Shown here piece by piece: positions 1 through 6,464 of a stretch of 15,121 bases of DNA; positions within the stretch are counted from its first letter, which is position 1, and each line of letters opens with the position of its first letter. The notes below the pieces were generated by a model. The model searched no databases, was not told the origin of the DNA, and saw only the letters and a list, made by a program, of their open reading frames with translations. The translations under genes were made by a program, and so were the position numbers. Source of the DNA: a virus (lineage: Duplodnaviria > Heunggongvirae > Uroviricota > Caudoviricetes); the IMG/VR virus record IMGVR_UViG_3300050581_000228, one strand, 5' to 3'.

Positions 1-1221
1 ATGGCCACCTTGAGACAGAATTCGTCAGGCCGTTGGGAGGTGCGGTTCTGGTTCGGCGGTCGCCAGTTCAAGCGGTGGTTGGACATCACCGGGGAAAAGG
101 CTGCGCTCGGTCGGCTGGCTGATATTGAGGAGACTCTGCGGCTGGCGAACGAGGGGCGTTTGACAATCCCCCCGGACGTGCAGGACGTTGGCACGTGGAT
201 CGTGTCGGGTGGGAGAGTGGCGGCAAAGCCCAGGGTGAAAGAGACGCACAGTCTCAAGGATGCCGTGAAGGAGTATTTTGATTCCATCCCGACCGGGGCC
301 AAGGCCGCCAATTCGATCGTCACGGAACGGACCCACCTTGACCACTTCATCCGAATTCTGAAACCCTCTACCCCAATCGACTCCATCGGCGTGGGGGCAC
401 TCCAAACCTACGTGACCAAGCGGAGCAAGGAAGACGGCATTCGGGGCCGGAAGGTCCAGCCTGAAACGCTCCGTAAGGAATTGGTGACGTTCGGCACATT
501 TCGACGGTGGGCCAAGGCACTTGGCTGGTGCGAAGGGGATTTGGACCGAAAGGCCATAAAGCTCCCCAAGGGAACAGAAAAGGCCCCGTTCCGCACCTGG
601 TCGGAAATCGAGGCCATTGTGAAAAAGGGCGGGTTGACGCCGGAAGAGGAACGGGACTTGTGGGACTGCCTCTTCCTTTCAGAGGGAGAAATTGCCGAGT
701 TCCTGAAGTACGTCGCGGAGAATGGCAAAGCCCCGTGGTTGCATCCGGCTCTTACGATTGCCGCCTACACGGGAGCGCGTCGATCAGAGATCATGCGATC
801 GGAAATCCGAGACTTCGATTTGGAGCGGGGAATAGTCACTCTTCGAGAAAAAAAGCGGCAGCATTCCAAGAGCCTAACCTATCGGACGGTCGAGATTCAT
901 CCCCGGCTTGCCACGGTCATCAAGGCATGGCTCGCCAAGCATCCGGGCGGCAAGTACACCATTTGTGCGCAGCCCAATGTTCCGCTGATCCCGGACGAGG
1001 CGCTACGGACATTCGAGCAAACGATGGCTGACAGCAAGTGGAAGGTGCTCAGAGGATGGCATGTGCTCCGGCATAGCTTCGCGTCGATCTGCGCAATGAA
1101 AGGCGTCCGCGAGACCACTATATCGAAATGGATGGGACACCAGACGGAAGCGATGAAACAGCGCTATCGGCACCTTTTCCCCGACGTGACAAAGGCCGAG
1201 ATGAAGAAAGCGTTTTCATAG
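1..1221 (+). CDS. int: Tyrosine recombinase / phage integrase (406 aa)
   Basis: Catalytic motifs YTGARRSE (Arg), REKK (Lys), HVLRHSFAS (HxxR), WMGH (His) and QRY (Tyr); N-terminal arm-binding-like beta segment (GRWEVRFWF). Confidence 0.96.
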   Translation: MATLRQNSSGRWEVRFWFGGRQFKRWLDITGEKAALGRLADIEETLRLANEGRLTIPPDVQDVGTWIVSGGRVAAKPRVKETHSLKDAVKEYFDSIPTGAKAANSIVTERTHLDHFIRILKPSTPIDSIGVGALQTYVTKRSKEDGIRGRKVQPETLRKELVTFGTFRRWAKALGWCEGDLDRKAIKLPKGTEKAPFRTWSEIEAIVKKGGLTPEEERDLWDCLFLSEGEIAEFLKYVAENGKAPWLHPALTIAAYTGARRSEIMRSEIRDFDLERGIVTLREKKRQHSKSLTYRTVEIHPRLATVIKAWLAKHPGGKYTICAQPNVPLIPDEALRTFEQTMADSKWKVLRGWHVLRHSFASICAMKGVRETTISKWMGHQTEAMKQRYRHLFPDVTKAEMKKAFS

Positions 1222-1489
1222 GGAGCTTCGGCACACCCTCTTCGTCGAGTCTTGCCATCTCTTCGGCAGGAATCCTCCAGTGGCCGCTGTCATCTTTCAC
1301 GGCACGAATCTGCCCCAGGTTACACAACTGACGGAGGGTCCAGGCAGATCGGTCCAATCGTTCCGCAGCGTCTTCCAGAGGGAAGTATTTTCGATTTGCC
1401 TTGGCGCTCAAGAAGTCCAGGATTTCCTGGTTTTGTTTCTGGATGCGCGTTAGCGCATCGAGTAATTGATTCAAGGCGGTCTTGTTCAT
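1118..1489 (-). CDS. Excisionase-like HTH DNA-binding protein (HTH_17/MerR-like), 123 aa
   Basis: YFPLEDAAERLDRSAWTLRQLCNLGQIRAVKDDSGHWRIPAEEMARL matches the Xis pattern; adjacent to integrase. The last ~34 codons overlap the int 3' end in antisense. Confidence 0.8.
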   Translation of the reverse strand: MNKTALNQLLDALTRIQKQNQEILDFLSAKANRKYFPLEDAAERLDRSAWTLRQLCNLGQIRAVKDDSGHWRIPAEEMARLDEEGVPKLPMKTLSSSRPLSRRGKGADSAVSSLPSGVPSISI

Positions 1490-1501
1490 ATCTTGCGACT
1501 C

Positions 1502-1867
1502 TCAATATGGATTCATGCAGTAAGCGGCATACGCCAGTCCGCACGCTTCGCTGCAACAGGTGTTTCCGTCGTATACATTCTCGCCGCAATTCGGGCACAT
1601 CCCGGTCGGCTCCGGTGAGCCTTCGATCCAAGCTGCATACCCGCCGCAGCCTTTCGACGGGAACTGCTCGACCGTGGGATCGACGATCTCGCCCTGCTCA
1701 TCGACGAGCCACCAGTGCGCCCGCTCGCCCCAGACCCAACAGTAGTAGTGGCCTCGGACCCGAGTTAGCTCCGTGAAGGCGGCGGCCATCCGCTCGGTGA
1801 TTTCCTTGCAGGTGCCGTAGGTCTCGGTGACGTTCTCGGCGATCCAGGCAGCGTACTCTGGCTTCAT
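1502..1867 (-). CDS. Phage protein, possible transglutaminase/papain-like Cys-His-Asp fold with C-terminal Zn-binding motif (121 aa)
   Basis: G-T-C20, A-H51-W-W-L, V-D63-P-T, then CPNC...CCSEAC; ATGA overlap with upstream gene. The ORF is well supported; the function is inferred. Confidence 0.6.
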   Translation of the reverse strand: MKPEYAAWIAENVTETYGTCKEITERMAAAFTELTRVRGHYYCWVWGERAHWWLVDEQGEIVDPTVEQFPSKGCGGYAAWIEGSPEPTGMCPNCGENVYDGNTCCSEACGLAYAAYCMNPY

Positions 1868-2286
1868 TCAGCGAAAATCCCGCAGGCGTACCATACGCCG
1901 TTGCTCCCACGAACCATCGCGTAGCCGTAGTACCGGCAGCGGCCATTGACGGCAGACCAATGGCCGGGCGACAGCTTCCAGGATCGGTACATCTCTCTGG
2001 CAGCGGCCTCTTGATCTTGCCCCGGCCAGCTTTCGTTCACGACCTCTGCGAAGGTGTGGCACTCGGGAATCTGAGGACGCATCCGAGGGTAGCGCAACTG
2101 CTCCCACCAGAAATGGCCCTGTCGGTGAATCTGGGCCTGGTAGGCGGCATGGGCCTCGGCTTCGGCCTGGAGGACCGGATGCACCTGGCCGGTCATAATC
2201 GACCGGACCCGGAGATGGCGGCCGGTTTCAAGAAGCTGTTCGTTTGGCGTCATCGCCAGGAGCAACACGGCAATCAAGTATTTCAT
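1864..2286 (-). CDS. CAP/SCP-domain protein with a short signal-peptide-like N-terminus (140 aa)
   Basis: AEAHAAYQA...QGH, AEVVNE, SWKLSPGHW and GYAMVRGSNGVWYACGIF follow the bacterial CAP pattern; N-terminus MKYLIAVLLLA. Confidence 0.78.
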   Translation of the reverse strand: MKYLIAVLLLAMTPNEQLLETGRHLRVRSIMTGQVHPVLQAEAEAHAAYQAQIHRQGHFWWEQLRYPRMRPQIPECHTFAEVVNESWPGQDQEAAAREMYRSWKLSPGHWSAVNGRCRYYGYAMVRGSNGVWYACGIFAE

Positions 2287-2546
2287 GGTTTCCTCTTGTG
2301 GCGTCGAATCTGTCCGGTGCTTCGCTCATTGCGCCGGACACGGAATTCGACCTGGTAGTCTCTGGATGGAAGAACTCTGCCCTCTTTTACGCCGTTGCGG
2401 TGCCGCTTCACGATCTTCACGACGCGGAAGTCGATGTCGTGGACCAGGCCGCAGTCGCAGCAGCCCAGACGGTAGCCGCGCATCACGGGCCTCTGCCAGT
2501 CGGTCCAACCGTCCTTGCCGGCTGGCGGCTCATACATGCGAGGCAT
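2283..2546 (-). CDS. Phage hypothetical protein with CCDCGLVH metal-binding motif (87 aa)
   Basis: Fills the gap between neighbours, ATGA overlap with the downstream gene, Cys/His cluster. Confidence 0.7.
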   Translation of the reverse strand: MPRMYEPPAGKDGWTDWQRPVMRGYRLGCCDCGLVHDIDFRVVKIVKRHRNGVKEGRVLPSRDYQVEFRVRRNERSTGQIRRHKRKP

Positions 2547-2994
2547 TAGCTTTCCTCATGTGGTCGTGGAAACGGCGCAGCAGGCCGTCCACGCGATTCT
2601 CAAGGCCCCGGTGATTCATCGCCTTGTCGTCCCGCCACTGCTCGTAATGGACAAACTCATGGGCGAAGTTTCCGAGGAGAAACGCAGTCTGTAACCCTCG
2701 ATCAGGAAGGCGACCGTCGATTCTTGGGCGTCCGCAAGCAAGCGTGATGGTTGGTTGCCGTCTGGGATTAAAGCAGCCCCAGCATCGCCGTCCGTCATTT
2801 GTCGGCAGGGAGACGTTGGGGGCAAGATGGACGGCGATCGTGTGCAGAATAGGATGGTGACCCGCGAGCCAGTTGGCCAGCGCGATGTGGATTCCGGCCA
2901 CCCAACGGGGCACGCGGTTGTAGTGTTTTATTGAGAACGCTATGGTTTGTTTCACGGCTTTGGCGGGACTTTTATGTCGCTGGTCATCGGTCAA
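2530..2994 (-). CDS. HEXXH zincin-like metallopeptidase domain protein (154 aa)
   Basis: NFAHEFVHYEQW motif preceded by a WGCF...ITLA strand pattern, with a candidate third ligand Glu in RGLEN. Confidence 0.65.
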   Translation of the reverse strand: MTDDQRHKSPAKAVKQTIAFSIKHYNRVPRWVAGIHIALANWLAGHHPILHTIAVHLAPNVSLPTNDGRRCWGCFNPRRQPTITLACGRPRIDGRLPDRGLQTAFLLGNFAHEFVHYEQWRDDKAMNHRGLENRVDGLLRRFHDHMRKANASHV

Positions 2995-3205
2995 CTTTTC
3001 TGACGGGCGTGTCCCACTTCGTTCCGCGCAGAACCGAAACCTTTGTCGTCAGGTTCTCGAACGCCTGATCGCGGGCCTTGGCTGTCGCGTACCAGGAGCG
3101 ACGGCACCATTTTTTGAACCAGCGTGACCACTGCTCGATGCCGAATCGCTTGTGTCGTGGGGTCTTTTTCCTGTGACGTGGCACATCATCTTCACACATC
3201 ACCAA
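2984..3205 (-). CDS. Basic, Trp-rich phage hypothetical protein (about 73 aa; start uncertain among TTG/GTG/ATG)
   Basis: GGAG just upstream; 11-nt overlap with the downstream gene; same strand as the operon. Confidence 0.6.
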   Translation of the reverse strand: MVMCEDDVPRHRKKTPRHKRFGIEQWSRWFKKWCRRSWYATAKARDQAFENLTTKVSVLRGTKWDTPVRKVDR

Positions 3206-3262
3206 CTCCAGGTGGCGGCCTCATCGAGCACGATTAACAGTCGCACCCAGGTTTGCGGATGC

Positions 3263-3883
3263 CTACGCACACGATGCCTGATGATCCCACTCCCAGGCAC
3301 CGTTGCGCACTCGCATCTGGGACGTGCAATAGCGACAGTGCAACGTGTCGCCCTCATTCTCGGTCAAGAGGGCTTCGTCGAGGGTGGCCATGCAGCATCG
3401 CATCAACCCGCCGATCCGCGCGGGAAGCTGACGCTTGTGTGGGGCAGCGATACGCTCGATGCGCAGCATGTCGCCCGGATTGAGCGAGAGTGGTTGATCG
3501 AGAGTCACCACAATGCCCTTACCGGCAGCTTCTGGCCGGAGCACCAGACCGAACTCTTCTCCGTCTCGAACACGAGTTAGGCTCAGATACGAGGGCTTGA
3601 GAGAGTCGTAGGCAGATGTGTCAAGCACGTCGGCCATATTCTTTCCGGTGAAGCCGATGTACCGATATTGCGTCTGGCGGCCGTCGCCGGGTGCCCGCGC
3701 ACTGTCCGGCACGTCCTCGCAACGAATGTCATGCCCTGCTGCCCGGAGATTGCTGATTCTTGCCGTATGGTTACGGCTGATTTCAGCCAATCGGGCCGTG
3801 GGAACGGCCTTGCCCTTCGTGGCGGCCTCGGTCAGCATTGCCAGGAACATCCGGCAATGCTCACTATGCAAACTGCTTTCCAT
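3263..3883 (-). CDS. Winged-HTH protein fused to a middle domain and a C-terminal RCC...CxxC Zn-binding module (ATG at 3883 preferred over TTG at 3898)
   Basis: TARISNLRAAGHDI resembles phage wHTH (ARIxELRxxGxxI); C-terminal GLMRCC...CRYC...WEW. Confidence 0.6.
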   Translation of the reverse strand: MESSLHSEHCRMFLAMLTEAATKGKAVPTARLAEISRNHTARISNLRAAGHDIRCEDVPDSARAPGDGRQTQYRYIGFTGKNMADVLDTSAYDSLKPSYLSLTRVRDGEEFGLVLRPEAAGKGIVVTLDQPLSLNPGDMLRIERIAAPHKRQLPARIGGLMRCCMATLDEALLTENEGDTLHCRYCTSQMRVRNGAWEWDHQASCA

Positions 3884-3900
3884 TGTGTTGATCCCCAAAG

Positions 3901-3976
3901 TAGCCCCGGCGAGACTTGAACTCGCATCTCCGGGTTGAAGGCCCGGTATCCTGGCCTGTTAGAATGAGACGGGGCC
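3901..3976 (-). tRNA. tRNA-Glu (anticodon TTC), atypical; CCA not encoded
   Basis: Minus strand GGCCCCG TCTC ATTC TAACAGGCCA GGAT A CCGGG CCTTCAA CCCGG AGAT GCGAG TTCAAGT CTCGC CGGGGCT A gives a 7-bp acceptor stem (G1.U72), D arm with GG, 5-bp anticodon stem, 4-nt variable loop and T arm with TTC. Confidence 0.85.
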
Positions 3977-4041
3977 AAAATGAGCCGGCCCAGCATGAGC
4001 GAGCCGGTTCGCGCGGCCACTTGGTCGCGGCAGAAAGGATT

Positions 4042-4389
4042 TCAGGCGGTGTTGGGTTCCGGCGCACTCCCCGGAGTTCCGTTCCGCAGCTTGGCCCAAA
4101 CACGCTGCTGGTTGCGCTCGGAATAGAGTTTCTTCCAGATGCGATCCAGGGCAGCCCTTGCCGTCGCTTCGGCCTTGTCAAGCTCGGACAGCGCAGCAAC
4201 GAGGGCCTCAATCGCGGCGGCACGCTCCGATATGGCTGTGTAGTTTGGCTGCGATCGGGCCAGCATCTCTTCGACGGAACCGCGCACGGCGGCGATCAAG
4301 TCACCCAGTTTGTCGCGGGCCGCGCTGAGCGTGGCAGGCGAAGCCTGATCCAGTTCGGCAACAATCTGTCCGACGAGGTTGGTATTCAT
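4042..4389 (-). CDS. Ala-rich helical/coiled-coil hypothetical protein (115 aa)
   Basis: GGAG 5 nt before the ATG; amphipathic helical pattern; fits operon packing. Confidence 0.7.
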   Translation of the reverse strand: MNTNLVGQIVAELDQASPATLSAARDKLGDLIAAVRGSVEEMLARSQPNYTAISERAAAIEALVAALSELDKAEATARAALDRIWKKLYSERNQQRVWAKLRNGTPGSAPEPNTA

Positions 4390-4410
4390 AGGTTCTCCAG
4401 GGTTGGGTTG

Positions 4411-4560
4411 TTAGTCTTTCTGGTACAAGGGATCGAAGTCTTCGGGATAGGAGACCCGCAGGTCGTCTTCCCAGTCGTCGAAGTCATCATCGAAGTCATC
4501 GTCCCGGTCATTTTCGGTGTCTGACGAATTGAACATGCCGGTGATCCTGTCGAACAACAT
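4411..4560 (-). CDS. Very acidic 49-aa protein not in the ORF track: MLFDRITGMFNSSDTENDRDDDFDDDFDDWEDDLRVSYPEDFDPLYQKD
   Basis: Translated by hand. AGGAG (overlapping the ndk TAG stop) lies 7 nt before the ATG; TAA at 4411-4413; fills the gap between ndk and the 115-aa gene. Confidence 0.75.
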   Translation of the reverse strand: MLFDRITGMFNSSDTENDRDDDFDDDFDDWEDDLRVSYPEDFDPLYQKD

Positions 4561-4570
4561 GATCGAACTC

Positions 4571-5092
4571 CTAGAAGACTGGCTTCTTGTGGACCTCGAT
4601 TTCCGCGAGTTCAGCGGTCCAAGGAACGGGCAGCCTTTTCGCCTCGCGGACGGCGTTTGTTGCAGTCACGTCGATCGTGCCGTTGCGGTGATCCTGGACT
4701 ACTTTGGTGTAGGGATTCCAGCGCACTGGCCGGTACGGGAACCAGATGTCAAGTTCCCGCTCGGCAGCCAGGACCGAATCGGAGGCATGAACCAGGTTCT
4801 CTGGCCCTGAAACGTACTGGCGAAAGTGCCGCCGGATGCCCATTGCAATGGTGCGAATGGCATCCACTGGTCCTTCCACGGCCAAGGCACAGACCGGCGC
4901 GGAACACATGAACTCTTCAAGACCAGGGTAGAAGTCCTTCGTCAGATGATCGACGTAGTGTTTTTGGCAAAGCTCCTCGTCCATCCGCACCATGCCGATG
5001 TCGCCGATGCCCTGATGCTCGAAGCAGGCAATGCACCAGCCCAACAGCTTGTGCTGAATTGCATCAGGTTTGACTAGGACCAAGCTGCTCAC
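4571..5092 (-). CDS. ndk: Nucleoside diphosphate kinase with shortened Kpn loop and ~54-aa C-terminal extension (173 aa)
   Basis: LVLVKPDA, HYVDH..KDFY..LEEFMCSAP, IRRHF and NLVHASDS (phospho-His), then AERELDIWF; GTGA overlap with the upstream gene. Confidence 0.9.
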   Translation of the reverse strand: MSSLVLVKPDAIQHKLLGWCIACFEHQGIGDIGMVRMDEELCQKHYVDHLTKDFYPGLEEFMCSAPVCALAVEGPVDAIRTIAMGIRRHFRQYVSGPENLVHASDSVLAAERELDIWFPYRPVRWNPYTKVVQDHRNGTIDVTATNAVREAKRLPVPWTAELAEIEVHKKPVF

Positions 5093-5430
5093 GCGGGCAC
5101 CTTCACCTTCTCGATGCTGAGCACGGCCTTGTCGCCCAGATCGCTCAACTCGCGCTGTCGCTCCTCTGCTTGGTGTTCCTCATCGAACACTTGCTCGAAG
5201 GGGCTGCCACAAAGCGTGCCGGAGAGGCGGTACTTCTCGACCGTCGCCGGGATCAGGGCACGCATTCCGCTGTACTCTCCCTTGATGATCCGCAGCGAAT
5301 TGCCTTTGCCGTCGCGGACGATGATGCTCTGAACGTTGGTGCTATCGGTCCAGTCGAGTTCGACATCGACGCCTTCCAGCACGATGTCGCTGGGCTTCTT
5401 CACCTGCGACCATTGTGTGTTTCTCAGCAT
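5089..5430 (-). CDS. Hypothetical protein (113 aa)
   Basis: Abuts upstream gene (3 nt gap) and overlaps the ndk start by 4 nt; protein-like composition. Confidence 0.7.
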   Translation of the reverse strand: MLRNTQWSQVKKPSDIVLEGVDVELDWTDSTNVQSIIVRDGKGNSLRIIKGEYSGMRALIPATVEKYRLSGTLCGSPFEQVFDEEHQAEERQRELSDLGDKAVLSIEKVKVPA

Positions 5431-5433
5431 GGT

Positions 5434-5634
5434 TTACCCTTTCGTGGTTGTGGGCCAGAGGCAGCGAACCAGGGCGAACAGGCCCAGGGCTTGCCAGAAC
5501 GTGATCGCCGGCAGGCCGAACAGAATGGGGCACAGCCAATTCCAGAGCAACTGGATCGGCAACGCGATCAAGAGGCCCAGGACGATCAGGAAACCGAGGA
5601 CGACGAGTCCTCCTACAATGAACTTCTCGAACAT
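5434..5634 (-). CDS. Small membrane protein, 66 aa (MFEKFIVGGLVV...; ATG at 5634)
   Basis: AAGGAG 5 nt before ATG 5634; long hydrophobic helix plus LWNWLCPILFGLPAITFWQALGL, a pattern I recall from small phage membrane proteins. Confidence 0.75.
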   Translation of the reverse strand: MFEKFIVGGLVVLGFLIVLGLLIALPIQLLWNWLCPILFGLPAITFWQALGLFALVRCLWPTTTKG

Positions 5635-5733
5635 GGGAACTCCTTGTATGAGAGAATGCCGGCCGTTGATCGACGCGCCCCGGCACTGGGCTGATTCCAA
5701 CCCAGGAAGTATGGGGCTGGTCGTTTGACAGGC

Positions 5734-6441
5734 TCAGACGGCGCACCTGAGACGTTTGACGCCCATGCGGACCAGCCTCACGACTGCCAGGGCGTCCTCA
5801 ACAGCGGTGTGCGCAACCTTCCCATCCATTCCTGCCCGCTCGTAGCACGTCTTGCTATCCGGCAGCTTTTCGTCAGTGACCTGCCAGTACAGGATGGCGG
5901 GATCGAGTGTCCGATGATGCAGTCGCACCACCTTCTCGAAGTTGGGCAGCCTCTTGAGAAACTGCCGGTCGAAGGATGCGAAGTTCTTTCCAGCCGGCGT
6001 GATGCCGGTCTTCCCGTCCCAACCGCAGGACTTGAGCCATTCGGCCAGGTCGTCGGCAACCTTGTCCTCGTCGAGAAACCAAGGCTGCCGCTCACCCGAA
6101 AGCTGCTTGAGCAGTTCAGCGTTCAGCGCCAATGCGAAGGCATCGCCACGGTATTCATCACGGAGGATCAGCCGGCGGTAGGTTGGAAGCTCATTCAATG
6201 GCCGGGTCCAGTCCTCCCAGACGGCCCCGATTTCGAGTATCTGGCAGGTGGCCGGGTCCAGACCCGTCGTCTCAATGTCAATGCTCACGTAGGGCATCTT
6301 TGGCGGCATGGCCGGCAATGACGGTTCGCGGCGAGCCGTACCCAGGTGGCCGGACCAACCGCAACCGTTGCAGTGCCCGAGGGATGGGTCACGGTCGTTT
6401 GCCTTGAGCAATTCTTCGCAGTTGGGACAGAGCTTTCTCAT
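5734..6441 (-). CDS. DEDDh (DnaQ-like) 3'-5' exonuclease with N-terminal Zn ribbon (235 aa)
   Basis: ExoI SIDIETTG, ExoII GKNFASFD, ExoIII AHTAVEDA; N-terminal CPNC...CNGC. Confidence 0.9.
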   Translation of the reverse strand: MRKLCPNCEELLKANDRDPSLGHCNGCGWSGHLGTARREPSLPAMPPKMPYVSIDIETTGLDPATCQILEIGAVWEDWTRPLNELPTYRRLILRDEYRGDAFALALNAELLKQLSGERQPWFLDEDKVADDLAEWLKSCGWDGKTGITPAGKNFASFDRQFLKRLPNFEKVVRLHHRTLDPAILYWQVTDEKLPDSKTCYERAGMDGKVAHTAVEDALAVVRLVRMGVKRLRCAV

Positions 6442-6464
6442 CGGACATCCATTCGGTCCAGAAC

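Noticed and set aside
3936-3942. Reading the anticodon loop CCTTCAA as a UCA (opal suppressor/Sec/Trp) tRNA, implying recoding
   Set aside because: The stem register puts TTC at 34-36 and no shifted stem pairs. TGA, TAG and TAA all act as stops at gene junctions (several ATGA overlaps), so the standard code fits.
3901-3976. tRNA as a host integration site (attL/attR)
   Set aside because: It sits mid-operon among phage genes on both sides, about 2.7 kb from int, and no duplicated 3' fragment is visible in the window.
4474-4503. Short tandem repeat GACGATGACTTC/GATGATGACTTC
   Set aside because: Only reflects DDDF-DDDF coding in the acidic peptide; not a CRISPR or satellite array.
5725-5730. 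Perfect TTGACA hexamers (also near 6598-6603) as plus-strand promoters
   Set aside because: No -10-like hexamer at 16-18 nt spacing and no plus-strand gene to drive.
3916-6321. Plus-strand ORFs 3916-4524, 5170-5694 and 5725-6321
   Set aside because: Antisense to the tRNA, the membrane protein and the exonuclease; shadow frames.
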